The notes under the pieces are model-generated. The model did not search any database, was not told the DNA's origin, and saw only the letters and a program-made list of their open reading frames with translations. A program made the translations under genes and the position numbers. Positions 40,150-53,822 of a DNA stretch of 64,000 nucleotides are shown piece by piece. Source of the stretch: the human T2T-CHM13v2.0 reference genome, Homo sapiens; NCBI RefSeq assembly GCF_009914755.1, contig NC_060936.1; one strand, given 5' to 3'. Positions within the stretch are counted from its first letter, which is position 1, and every line of letters begins with the position of its first letter.

Positions 40150-42220
40150 TAACAGTGTCTCATTTGTAGAATTATATCAATGTAGTTGCCTGTTGTGATA
40201 ACTTCTCTATCAAATGTAAAAGGGAGATAAAACACATCTCTATGTCCGTCACAATTTTCCTGTTTTCTTGGATACATACCTAACGTTGGATGCCAAAATG
40301 CTGCTACATTATTGTATTTCCTTACTTTATAAATTAAAATATAACACATATACAGCAAAATGCACATGAAAATAAATGTAAAGCTTATTGTAGGATCTAA
40401 AACTAAATACCTGTATAACCACGATGAGAATGCTACTAGCATCCCAGACATCACCTGTTGGCCCTGGCCAATAATACCTCTCACACAAGATGACATAAAT
40501 CTTGACTTTTAATGTTGAGTCCATTTTTGCCTTCGGTTGAGAATCATGAATGGTGCTACCTTATGTGTTCTTTAACTCAGAATTGTCTTTGTAAGCCCCA
40601 TCCATGTGTGGCATGATACTGTATTTTATTCATTTTCATTGTTGCATATCATTTTTTGAATAATATAAAAGCATTTAACCATTCTATTTATGATGGACAT
40701 TTGGAGTCTTTCCAGTTGTGCATTCTATATAACGCTGCTTGGAACAATCTTAAATAAATCTCTTCATGCAAATAGTTCTGTTGGAAACAGACCTAGGAAT
40801 GGAAGTACTGATTCATATTACATAGATATACTGGTGGCTGGGTGAATTAATAGTCCACTAAAAGCATATGAGTAGACCTATCACTCCCTATCAATCTGCT
40901 GGCTGTGTAGTAGTATTTCATTGTGATTTCAATTGGCATTTTCCTGATTACAAATGATTTTGAGGACCTTTTCTTATGTTTATGAGCCAGTTGGAAATTA
41001 TAAAGTACCTGAATATGTCTCTTGACAATTTTTCTACCAGGTTGTTCATCTTTTTTTATTGATTTTAATGAGTTGTGTAAGACTCATTTATATGCCATAA
41101 CTTTGCTATGTTGGTTACATGTGTTGCAAGAGTCTCTTCCCACTATTGGGTTTGTTTTTTCTCTGCTGGTTTTTAATTTTGACGTGGTACAATTTATTAA
41201 TCTTTTTCTTATCTGTGACTTTTGTGTCCTAAGTAACAAACCCATATGAAAATCATAAACATATTTTCCTGTAGCACATTCTAGGAACTTTATGTCTGTA
41301 TGCATGTCATAACTTATTTTGACTTGTATAATTGAATCTACAGTGTGTATTTACATCTCAATGTGATGTGGGTAACATTCAAGTTTCATATTTCCTATAC
41401 AGATAATTCTCTAAGCACCATTTATTAAAGCATTGCCCTTGTTCCCAGATCAAAAACGTTCATCATTTCATGAATGGCTTTACTATTTTAAACCTCTGCA
41501 TTGTTGAAGTAAACTTGAAAATAAAAATTTTAATTTACACATGCACACATACATACACTCACACATACACAATCGTGTTGGAATTTTTATTGGAATTGCA
41601 TTAAATCTAAAAATTAATATAGAAAAATTGGTGTCTTTGAAATATCTTAACATGAAAAATTCCTCGATTTATTTATATCTTACCAAATGCCTCTCAAAAA
41701 CATTTAAATTTTTCTTAGAATTCTGATATGAGCTTTATTCCAAAGTATGTATGTCTATGTATGTGTCGTTATGATGAGCAGTATCATTTTACATTTATTT
41801 TTCTGACTTTTGTATATAAAAATAAAAATAAATTTTTAATATTGACTGTGTCCAGAAAAGAAAAAAAAAATTTTAGTTAACCAGAAACACAGTTTGCATT
41901 ACACACATTGCCATATAAAATTACTTAATAAATATTATAAATAATTTAATGTATTTTCAGGTAAATATGATTTATTAAATATTGTTATTTTCTTGTTATC
42001 TCATCATTTCTAGCTTAATTCCTCTCCAGATAGAGAACATATTCATATAATTTTAACTCTTTAATATTTCATGAGACTTCTTTTATGGCTCAACATACAG
42101 TTAATTGTTATAAATTAACTTTTTAAAATATAAATTCTTCCATTTGGTGTAGCAGTCTATACTTGTTAAGTGGAGTTTCTTAATCGTGTTTAGATCTCTG
42201 TCCTTACTATGCTGCACTGT
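40150..42220 (-). mobile_element. Old L1M (L1ME/MC-like) fragments
   Basis: Antisense L1 motifs (tgatggacatttggagtctttccag; tggcattttcctgattacaaatg; tttttattggaattgcattaaatcta). Confidence 0.65.
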
Positions 42221-44049
42221 CATTGCCAACTCTCCATTGGCACTGTCTTCTAGGCTCCCTCTGCATCACAGAGGAGACAAGAACTACATTTCCACAAATT
42301 CCCATTAGGAGGCACTTCGGTTGAGCTATGATTCCTTATGGATTTCACTGGCCCTGTCTTGTCTGCTCATTTACCTGCTTATGTCTTGGTGAGTGTTGGA
42401 AATTGTGTATGGTACATTATAGATAGTGTTTGATCCCTGGATGATACTCTATTAACAGTGGCGGCCGACCAAGAGCTTTACAATTTTAGCTCACCTCAAT
42501 CGATCATGATTTATAATGTTTCATAATTTATCCCTGCAAAGGCCAATATTTGCCTAGTTTATTCTTAATCCTGCAATTTAGTTCCTCAGAGTCCCCAAAT
42601 AATGTGGATATGATTCTGTAGGGCCTCTCTCCCTTGACAGACCCTGTGCTCCCAAATTGATTTCCTTAGTTTTTCAAGGTTCCAACCCTCTAGGTTATCT
42701 TCTCCAGAATTGTAATATGCTCTTATTACAGAAGCAGCTGCAAATCTGAGCTCACTTCCTGGGTTTTCTTCTTCTATCTTGGTCGCATACGGTTTTAGGA
42801 TCTTGTTAGTTTGTTAGTGCTTTCAAGCAGATTTATTATATTTTAACCAGTTTTTTTTTCTAGTTACTTACAGCAGGACAGAGTCTGGATTTAACTACTC
42901 TGCCCCTACCAGGTATGAGAGTAATCTACATTTTCTACTCACTATGCTCTTAAGCACATCAATTAAATATTTGTTTATCATTGTGAAAAAAAATAAAACA
43001 GTTTTATGAGGACACGGACTGTCATTATTTGTTATACCTGTAGACACATGGTTTAGCATGAGGCATGAGGCCTAGCACAAGGTTTATACTTACTGAATAT
43101 GTACTAAAAGAATAAAAGAATTTACGGCTTCAGTTAATTTCTTAAACAATCAGTATTTACAAAGTTATTAACACATACATTTCTCATTATTTATGAAAGA
43201 GTATTATAATAATCTCCTGACTTATTCACTCTCTAAATACTAATAATTTGTTTCAAATTGGTAACACATAAAGTTCAACTGTTCTAGATTATATCCAAGT
43301 GCCGTAAATTCTGCCAATGAAATCTCCCAGGCATGAGAGTATGCCAAGTTACTTCAATCCTATTGTTTAAAAATAAAATTAAATGATCTTTCTACATTGT
43401 CTTGAAAAGTATATTTTATTTCTCAAAAATAGTCTTCATACTCTTCTCACTAATCTACTTTTGATAGAGTACTTTTCATAAATCAGACTCTATAGTCAGA
43501 AAATTAAAATGTTTTATTAAAAATATTTTATATTAACATTGTTATCTAATAGTAAAAAATATTGCTACATTTACCCATAAAAAATTAAAAAGTCAAAATA
43601 AATTTGACTTTTGCCAGAGAAGAAATATTTTCAGTAAGGAACTTAGAAGCCAATGTTTTATTATATTGAGACAAACACCTAGACTTTGTATTAGAATAAA
43701 AAAAGGATATAAATTCCTTAAGGAATTTTTTTATACCTGTCAGTGTACAACTAAATTGGTAAGTACTATATGATTCTAACATTTTTCCAGATACAAGAAA
43801 TGTGAAAAAATGGTTGTCCTTCATTCTAAGTTTGGGAGTGAAGTGACTGCAATAAGATATAGATAGATATGAATCAATCCTTACTTGTTTAATTCAGGAA
43901 CAAATTTGTTTAAATTCAACCGTCTTCTTAATCATCTAGAAGTATATTTTTACAAATGTATATAATGCTATAACCAGCTTTGTTAATGTTCATTTGAAAA
44001 CATTTTTATAACCTCATCTCCACCACTCCTCCTTTTTAAATTTTGCTCT

Positions 44050-44462
44050 AACCACCTTTTCTATTCTTCTGCTCCTCCAATCAAATACATTCTTCCTGCA
44101 GAGGCTTCAGAGACACAGCATTTGCTATTTTCTCTGCCAGAAAGGCACATTACTCAGAAATACTTATAGCTCAGTTATCGCTTTATTTGGGCACCTGGTC
44201 ATATTTCACCTAATTTGAATGTGTTTTCCCCATTTACTATACCTAATTTAATACTCCTTTCCCCTTACCCTGTTTTATTTTTTTTCTTAACTGTTATTAC
44301 TCCCTGACATAATGTAAGTGTGTTTATTGTCTGTGACCTTACACTAAAAGTTTTATGAGAGCAAGATCTTTGTTTCGTTCATGTCAGCAACCCAGCACCT
44401 TAGCAGAGGCAGGTCCAGAGCAATCTCTGAGTGCATGTCTGTCGAGTGAGAGATGAATGATG
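44050..44462 (+). mobile_element. L2 3' end
   Basis: tatgagagcaagatctttgtttcgttcatg...cccagcaccttagcagag...gaatga. Confidence 0.65.
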
Positions 44463-44681
44463 CTCTTTGCTCCACAGCCAGTTTACGAGGACATGGTTTT
44501 CTCTCTCATTCCTGCCAGCCTTGTTCCTAAAGCTTCCTCATCGTTACCAAACAGGATTTATTGTAGAATCTGCTTTGCCAACATTTTTGGTATCTATTCT
44601 TTTAAAAAATGAGGCTTTAACCTGTACCCATAGATCACAATCTCCAAACTATATTATAATCTCCAGACTAGAGGATCGTTT

Positions 44682-44935
44682 TATGATCATATCTCACTGC
44701 TGCCTTGAACTCTTGGGCTCAAGTGACCTTCCCAGCTTTGCCTCCCAAGTAGCTGGGACTATAGGTGCATACCGCCATGCCTGGCTAACTTTTTGTTGTT
44801 GTTGTTGTTGTTGTTGTTAGAGATGACATCTTGCTTTTCTGCCTAGGCGGGGCTTGAACTCCTGGCCTCAGGTGATCCACCCACCTTGGCATCCCAAAGC
44901 ATTGGAATCACAGGCACGAATCACCATGCCTGGCT
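44682..44935 (-). mobile_element. AluJ, 3' end missing, linker expanded to (TTG)n
   Basis: Antisense Alu with ttgttgttg tract at ~44792-44818. Confidence 0.88.
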
Positions 44936-45595
44936 CAAAGTACATATTTTTTAAGAAATTGGAGGAAAATGACATTGTTTTAAAAAGTTGTAAAGTAGGA
45001 AAAACTACATATAAGTTCTGTTTCTAATTAGATTTAGGGTATATATTTTAACTAAATAGCTATGGTTGGACATAAAATACATCTACCATTCAATAATTTT
45101 TAGTTATTATATAATTTTTGGTTCATGCAATATATTTTCTTCTATTGAATAATTAAAAAAAGAGTTCAATCTCTCCCTTTCATTATTCTTTCAATTGATG
45201 AGTAAAATGAAGTAGAATTGAAATAAATTTATCACTAATTTGGGAAACTAGTAGATGTGTTATATTTTGATGTAACATTAAGAACAGGAAGGCCAGACCT
45301 AGAGGAATATTACATGATATGTTTAATACTAAATATATCCTTGTAAATTGTTTTATATTAAATATTTTAAAAACTAATAGAAAAAATAGCTATGGCAATT
45401 ATTTCTTCTAATATAAATATGACTTGCACAGATTCTGAGGATTACTCTGACAAATTTTAAGGTAGACATGAGCAGAGGGAAATAAATGAGACTTCAGCTC
45501 CATAAGGAAAGGTAGAATGCCTTATTCACTTCTCTAACATCAAGCCTCCAGATATACTCTTTGGATGTATAAATGAGTTAATTTATCTCAACATT

Positions 45596-45946
45596 TTCTA
45601 TGGACCGAATACTTGTGTCCCTTCAAAATTAATATGTTGAAGCCTTAACCTCCAATGTGATGGTATTCAGAATATGTGGCCTTTGGGACGTGATGAGGGT
45701 TAGATGAGGTCATAAGGGTTGGGCCCTGGTCTGATGCAATTAGTGCCCTTATGGGATTAGACATCAGAACTCTCTATCTCTCTCTCTCTCCTTCTCTCTG
45801 CACACAAAGAAGAGTTAGTGTAAGCACACAGTGAGGATGTGGTCACCTGGACTTCCAGCCTCCAGAACTAGAAGAAATACATTTCTGTCATATAAGCAAC
45901 CTGGTCTATATGATATTTTTTATGGCAGCTTAAGCTGACAAATACA
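45596..45946 (+). mobile_element. MLT1A-type solo LTR
   Basis: tgtgtcccttcaaaattaatatgttgaagcc...ggacttccagcctccagaact...aataca; near-TSD acatt/atatt. Confidence 0.85.
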
Positions 45947-46610
45947 ATATTGTAAACTAATTTTTAGCTGTAATATTGTATCACATAGTCAACAAAACTG
46001 AACCTTGAAGCACAAATTAAAATTGAGATATTGTATATATCTTTTCCTCGAAACTGAAATGGGGATTGGAATTTAGAACTGTGTGTTTCACAGTATCTTA
46101 TTATAATATTTAAATTCTCTGTCAGAATTTGCATAGCTTACAATTTGGACTACCCAGAATTTCCACAAATGAAATAAGTTATGCTGTTATTATAACACTA
46201 AGTGCTTTATGGAAAGACTGAACATACCTGTGGGAAACATTTTATGAAAATATATTTCCAACCTCACTGATAGAATTGGAAAACATAATTAAAGTGATTG
46301 TTAGGTGCTGAAATAGTTTATCACCTTTATGCTGTGTTTTAAAAAGTGTTATTCCTAATGGGACTGTGTTTTGTTATATATAATAATCTGTTTCTTACTT
46401 TTCTTTGGAATTTAAGTATGCTCTTTATTTCAGATGCATTCATTATACTTAAAAACAATGTATTGCAATACTGAGAGAACTGGCTATTGTATGGGAGGAA
46501 AAGGGGTATATGGGGAGTGGAAAGAGATAGTTCTGGTCTCACTTATGAAAGTGAAGAATGTTATGCATGAATATGTGTATTTAGTTTTTTAAATTCATGG
46601 TTTTGTTTTT

Positions 46611-46685
46611 ACTTCCGTACGCTATTTATAAAAGATGGCCACCTACCATTTTGATGCAAATGGGTTTTCTTTAATAAGCCAATCA
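46611..46685. promoter_or_regulatory. Candidate cis-regulatory motif cluster (ETS, MEF2, YY1, octamer, CCAAT)
   Basis: acttccg, ctatttataa, aagatggcc, atgcaaat and agccaatca within 75 bp; motif match only, no functional data. Confidence 0.3.
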
Positions 46686-46849
46686 TATCATATCTTTGGA
46701 TATATACATACTTTCTCCTCTTGGTTATATTCTGAGTCCATTTGGTCATGAGTTCTGCTTTTATAAAATTATGTAAATAGCATTAATTCATAGACTAGTT
46801 GTGATGATAAGATTAAATAATTGGGAAAAATCCTTTATAAATCAAACAA

Positions 46850-47570
46850 ACTCTGGCAGTATTCCCAGCTAGAGTAATAGAAAGATATTGGCAAATCTCC
46901 TACGAAAGCAAGTATAAAACTGTACAATATTGTAGAAAATAAGTATTTCAGGACTCTGAAGTTAATTAAAGGCAAAAACAAACTGAGGAGTATTTATTTG
47001 TAAGAAACTTCCAGAACTTTATTAACAAACAGTGAGACTCTCTGGCCTTGCCTGGGGCTGCTCCCATTCCCACCCCACCCCTCCTAGCTCTGTCTGCACC
47101 TAGTACCACCAGAAACACTAGCAACTTTGCTAATAAAGGCAACTGACTGGATTTGGAGCAGAAAGTGAAAAACCACACCCTGTGGCATAGTCAGTAAAAG
47201 TAGCAAACTAAATTGGAAAGGAGGATGGAAATCTGAAGCTCTGGCAGACATTAGTTATAGAGTTGATTGAGGAAAGTGGCAGAAAAGCCAGATATTTAAA
47301 AAGGAAATAAAGCCCGGAAATGAAACGTCCCTGGAAGGGATAAGCAAGCTCCCCATACATCCCTGACTGACTAGAAAATAACTGAGCTGACTAGAAAACA
47401 GAGGAAACTGAACTGTACTGGTGGAAAGTGAAAGCTTAGGCAGAATTGAAAATTGTCCAACTCCCACTCTACCCCCCAGATCCATCTGCCTTCGGGCACA
47501 AGGCATTTGAGCAAAGCCTTTGCCCAATCATTGGCTGACCAGAACTCATACAAACACATGGAAATCTGGC
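46850..47570 (+). mobile_element. Old L1M (L1MD/MC-like) 5' region
   Basis: tatttcaggactctgaagttaattaaagg...aacttccagaact resembles L1M 5'UTR. Confidence 0.45.
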
Positions 47571-48038
47571 CTTGTGGCTAGAGGAAAAAAGAAATTAAGA
47601 GAAAGATTGAATAACACTTATGTTAGTTTTAAGATATATTTTTGTGGATACAATTTTCATTATATTTCAGAAAATAACTAAAATGATTTTTTTAACTATG
47701 TCGTAAGATTCTGAAGGTCTCCCAATGAACTACAAACGTAGTTCAGCAATGCACTTTGAATACTTAAACTTCTGATGCCACAAACAAATATATAGGGATC
47801 AAAAACTCAAATTGACAGGAAAACATGAACTTTACTCATTTTTACAATGATTGACTTAAATCCCTGTAAATCTGCTGAGATATATAAAAATTAGGGGAGC
47901 CAACTAGTTGGGATCACAGTCTGTGTGAACTGTATACTGCCTTGTACATTGTTAAAAGTTGGTGCTTTTCTGTGACAATGTAAAACTACTGGTTAGAGCA
48001 TCAAGACCATTAGCCCGAGAGCATTATTAATTTTGCTA

Positions 48039-48471
48039 TGTGCTCTGCCAGACCCCTATTGACTCCAATAGGGAAGGCACTGTGTCCAAGAGGCTGCAAA
48101 AGAGACCCAGGACCAGTGATCCAGACATAGGGATTATTGAGGACTTAAATACAGGGGTGGTCCAATGGTAGCTGGCTGCACAGGAGAATTACTACTGTTT
48201 ATAAAAAGCATGCAGTTTTTATATCATTTTCATTTATCACCCTCCACCTAGCAACCTCCATTTAACCCAAAACAAAGTGCCTTGGTTCCTTACATGTCTA
48301 TATTCCAAGGGATGGTCCAGGAGTTAGGCTGTTCTTCACAGAAAAGGAGTGAAACTGGTTGGCCCCTCCTGGCTTTTTTAGCTCAGATCTCCAAACACAC
48401 ATTCTTCTTAGGCCTTAGGGTCATTCTCAGGGTTTGCTTAAATTACTGTTGTCAGATGCATCTGCCATACA
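48039..48471 (-). mobile_element. Solo LTR (LTR47-like)
   Basis: Minus strand begins tgtatggcagatgcatctgacaacagtaatttaagcaaaccctgagaatgaccc; TG...CA ends. Confidence 0.65.
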
Positions 48472-50996
48472 CTATACTCTGGTTGTAAATAGACTTGACC
48501 TTAGTTCAAACACATTCTTTGTTCCAAGGATAATACAAAATAGTTGAATGCCAAAAGAATCTTATTATTAAAATTTTCTCAAATTGCAGATTCTTCTGAT
48601 GAAAGGATAGCTATATTTATTAACTTTAGTCCAGTTTTTCCCCAAAGACCAGCATTATCCAAATTCATAAATGTGCATAAACAAATTCAGCTTCTTAAAT
48701 TTATTTGTGCATACAACCATACTTAAAACCAATAATTTTTATATGTCCGTTTCAAATGTTCATATGGTATCAATGTCCTTGGTTTCTTTACAAGAGTAAA
48801 ATATATCTTCTGGGTTTAACCAAGACATCCAGAAAAAATTTCTCCATTTAAGAGCATAAAGCTAGCATCAACTGTTAATTTGTAACCATGCCCCCAAAGA
48901 AGTTTTACAATGTTAAAACAAAAACAAAAAAAAAAACAAACAAACAACAGCAACAAAAAAACTTAGGTAACCAGAAACAGACTGCATTGCACACATTGTC
49001 ATCTAAAAATCACCTAATAATTGATAATCCATTTACAAACAATCCAATATTGCATTCCCAGGTAAATGTATTTTCTTTTTGGTATTCTTCATTGACAAGA
49101 GCCACTTCTCAGGATTCTGTGGTATTTCTTATGGGAGTGGGAAATACTCTTGAAATGGTGGCCTCTGCCTCAATCTTTTTAAAGCAGTTAGATTTATATT
49201 TTATAGCCTCAAGCTATGCATGTTGGAAGGCATGTAACAGAATTGGTTCTTTTTTTCTTTTTTTTAATAGCCCACACTTTTAGGAGAACTTAAGAGACTT
49301 TCCTAAGGAAGTCAAAGGAAAAGAAAGAAAGTTTCAGGTAAGAGCAGGGTGACTAGATGGAAGCAGGACTTTCTTTAAACTATATGGAAAGTTTCTAGGC
49401 CTGAGAAAGAAAAAGAGGGAGACATTTTTGGATCTACACACAGTTAGAATAAGGGCTTCAGGGTTTTACAGAGAAATGATCACATTACCTTGGGCTCTAG
49501 GCACAGGGTTTCAAAACTCAAGAAAAATATCTATACACAAAGAATTTCAACAAAATTGTGGAGACCCACCACACCTGAAGGGAACCTATGTGTGGGATGT
49601 TTGATGATGTGTGTAGACAGACAACTAAAGACTAGAGACACCTCTTCCCTTGTACCCTAATTAATGTATAGGGTCTTGGAACCAGAGTAAAAGAAAGGAG
49701 GGAACATTACAATCACTGAGTTCAACTGTAAGGTCAGCCCAAGAGAATAGAGACTCAATGATGAACCTTAAAGTTATTTATAAAAACATCTAATGGTATT
49801 TCTCTCACAACAGAGTTTATGGACTGAGATTTGTACCTGTTCCTTATATATGTGAAGTTCCAATTTGATTATGGGCCATATATTAAATTACTTTATTAAA
49901 ATAGAAAATAACAGTTTTACAAATTTAATGTAAGCATCTAATAATAAATACTCTTAGATTAAGCATATACTTTTCCTCTTTGTACCTATGACTTTAAAGC
50001 TAATCATTTCTTTGCTATTTAAAAATAATAGTTGATAGCATTTTTTAGGCACTAAAACAAATGAAATGAAATCCTATTTTTAAACCTTATCATAATGTTC
50101 CAAAGACAGACTAAAATATAATAAAATGTAAAATGGTTTTTCCTTAGAAGAATTCATTTAGCAAAACAAAAAAGGGAAAGAACAACTTGGAAATGATCAA
50201 AAATATTCTTTACATTCTGAATATTTGGACAGATGGAGGAAAAATTAACATGAAAAAAGTGGATATTCCTAGGACAAAAATGCTTTCAATCAGGAGTAAA
50301 TTCATAAGCATCTAAAAATTTGAAGATGAATTCACTTCATTACTCTCATCAAATAATTAGAAATGGTACAGTGATCTCGAGGAGAGAACTAATTTTTTTA
50401 AAAAGAGACACTCAGGTACAATAGATTCAATTCATACAAATTATAAGAGCAAAATTTTGTTCTAAGCCACCAAGTCTAAGTTCACATGCGGCATTTTACT
50501 ATGTTAAGCAGATGTCCTCTGTTAGTAATAATAAACTTCTGAAGCCACACTGCCTCTACTGTATCAGCGAAGACCTTGTTACCTCTCACAGAGACTATTT
50601 TGATGGCCTTCCAATTGCTTGCCTCTAGTCTCCTCTAAAAAGAAAATCACATTTTGCCCTATTGCCAGAGAATGTGTTAAGAAGCTAATCATGGCTCTGA
50701 TGATGTCCCTGCCTTGCATAAAAACTCTCTACTGGCTATAAAATAAAGTACACATTTCCTAGTTTGACATTCAGGGATTAGTAATTTAATTAGTATAAGC
50801 ATAATTTCCTATAAGGCACTACAAAATAAAATTTAAGTTTTATTTACTAATGCTCTATCAATACATAATAATAAATTTTTGAGGAATAGAAGTGCAGTAA
50901 TGAAAACCACACTACAGAGATAAAAAACATGGGTTCATTCATAAATCATTTAAGAATATAAATATTAACTCTATAGAAACTAGGTAAGTAATATTC

Positions 50997-51198
50997 AGTT
51001 GTGTGCTGATAAAGCAGCTCTCTGCAAAAAAAAAAAAAAAAAGGCAAGCAAGCAAGCCCTGACTTTCAGGCTTTGCCATTTTCTGTGGTATAAATACTCC
51101 CACCATGGCCATTTAAAAGCTACCAATGGTTAACAACCTTCACACAAAATTTAACAATTGCCTTTTACATGTTGGCATGAGCTTACTCAAGCACATTA
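50997..51198. mobile_element. MER63-like hAT-Blackjack DNA transposon
   Basis: cagttgtgtgctg...ctgtggtataaatactcccaccatggcc...aagctaccaa...agcaca; adjacent to MIR sequence (51255-51400). Confidence 0.65.
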
Positions 51199-52119
51199 AC
51201 CAATCTGGTAGATATTCCTAGGACAAAACTGGTCAAATTTCTTATTCTTTCTAATATTTAGTTTTCTTATTTATAAAATTGTCCTAATAAGCTCCATATT
51301 GTAGTGTTGTTCTGGGGTTTAAATGAGATAATAATATACTACAAAGTTCTTTTCTCCCTAACAATCTCAAAATAAATACTCAATAATGGTGTTTATTTTT
51401 ATTATATTAACAAGATACATTAAATGAATTGAATGCAGGGATTAAAGAAACTAAGTATAATTTCTACACTTTACAAAGTTACCATGGTGACATTTTAAAG
51501 TGTAATATAAATATAGAATGCTGTAGATCACTTGATCAACAAGGCAGATACTATAATAGAGGAATCACAAACTAATAGTGAATTGAATTTCCACATGGTA
51601 AGTTAGACTCTGAAATTTTCAATTGACTGAAATACAACTCCTTATGCTCCTAGACCTATTTAGATATTTATATTATCATCTTGTCTTTTGAAATTATTTG
51701 AATTTATTGCAATTGGTACAATCAGATAATGTGGAAAAGAGATTTTATTGAACAGAGGCTCAAGATTAAAGAATGGGAATTAGAAAATGTGAGGGCCTTG
51801 ATTTTTGCCTATCATTACTAGAAAGTTACAAGTTATTTATATTAATATATTTTCTGTACTTCTAACTATAGGTATTATGAGTTGTAACGGAGAGGAAAAG
51901 AACCTCATCTACTATATTTAAAGACATGATCCAAGAATGGTTTCTGATTCTCATTTTAACTCTGACTTAATGTTGAATAACTTTCCCTTTGCCCCTTCAT
52001 TTTTAGAATTAAAACAACTTGATTTCCAAGAGAGAAAAAGTGTGTTTTAAAGAATTTTTAGTCTTTTTTTAAAAATAAAACTTTTTCTAGCCATGTATGT
52101 TTTCAAGCAAGACTCACCA

Positions 52120-52232
52120 CCATAGGGTGCAATCAACAGCCGAGAAACAGGGCAAACTACCTTGCCCACAAGGCACAGAGTTTACGACCTTGGCCTCATT
52201 AGCATTAACCTGCCCTAAGCAAGTTACTGGGT
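52120..52232 (-). mobile_element. tRNA-derived ancient SINE fragment (MamSINE1-like)
   Basis: cgaccttggcctcattagca is the antisense of a tRNA-like SINE head; too degenerate for a tRNA gene. Confidence 0.4.
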
Positions 52233-53126
52233 CAGTACAAATTGACACTGAGTAAGGTAAGATAATGGGTGCTACTCAGATATTAAAATTATTATTTTGC
52301 TTAGTTGAAGTTTCACACCATATCTATATCATTAATCTTGGGATTTTTTTCCAAGCTGTATACACAACCACGTCAATCATATTTACTAGATAGAAGATTA
52401 TTATAAGAATACCAGAGATCTTTCATCCAAAACCTTGCTGAGGATAAAATCGTGACAGTATTGTGGTGATTTTATTTATATGTTTCAAGTCATAAAAAAA
52501 TCTCATTTTTATTATTAATAAAAATATTATTCTCTGTTTACAGATGAATAACTCCTCTCTGATAAAATGACACAGAAAGTTTAAAAATTTGCAGTAACCA
52601 TTTCAATTAAATTTGTATGTAAAAAGTCAGTATTTTTCTTTAGTTGTTAAAATGACAACATGCTTCATAGTTTCCACAATGGTACAGATAATAGTATTAT
52701 AAAAACATCGATAATTTTGCAGATTAGGAAAGAAACTGAAAATATCATCTATCATTCAGCAAACGTTTCTGAGAACTTCACTTGTACCAAGTTATGTTTA
52801 AGGAACTGAGGGTTTGACAGGGAATCGATCTCCTTGTTATCTTTTCTAGCTCTCATGGGGATAGATGGTACTTCCTATGCTCATGCATAGCGTATGCACA
52901 ATCATATATATTTTAAATTATGTTTTTTAGAAATATACACAGCTTTTTCACCTGATATTTTATTTTTGTAATTCATCCATGGTAAAATATGAATTCTACT
53001 TCATTCTATTTTACTGCCAAAATAATATTTAGTTGTATACTTCTATTCCAATTTAGGTATAAATCCTCTTATAAATGAAGATGTTTTCAATATGTTGCGT
53101 TATAAAAAATGTCCCAGTGGTTATAG

Positions 53127-53465
<339 letters not shown>

Positions 53466-53694
53466 AAACATGTTTATAAGTAGTTACCATTGGGTGAGCA
53501 GTTACAAACATTTTTACCTTAACTAGATATTGTTAAATTCTTTCCCAAAATTGTGTTGCCACTGTTCATCCCTACTGGCGGTGTCTGAGAATTTCTGTTG
53601 CTCCATGTCCTCCTCAACTTGCGGCATTGGCAGTCTTCTCTAATTCCTTTTCTGTTCTATTTCTTTATTTTTTTAAAAAATTCCTTCCTCTGTA

Positions 53695-53822
53695 TTTCCT
53701 TGTTCTTTTTCTTTCTTCCTTTTCTTCCTTCCTTCCCTCCTTTTCCTCCTGCCTTCCCTCCTTCTTTCCATTCCTTCCTTTCTTGCTTCTCTTTCCTCCC
53801 TAGTTTTCTCCCTCTCCCCCAT
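53695..53822. repeat. (TTCC)n-like polypyrimidine tract
   Basis: Directly visible. Confidence 0.85.

Noticed and set aside
47367-47398. Short tandem duplications (also 17044-17069)
   Set aside because: Ordinary slippage inside old repeats
48544-49283. ORFs of 60 and 131 aa as coding exons
   Set aside because: Run through A-rich simple repeat, no recognisable domain, no convincing paired splice sites
52170-52232. tRNA gene
   Set aside because: Only a short anticodon-arm-like match; no intact A/B boxes or cloverleaf
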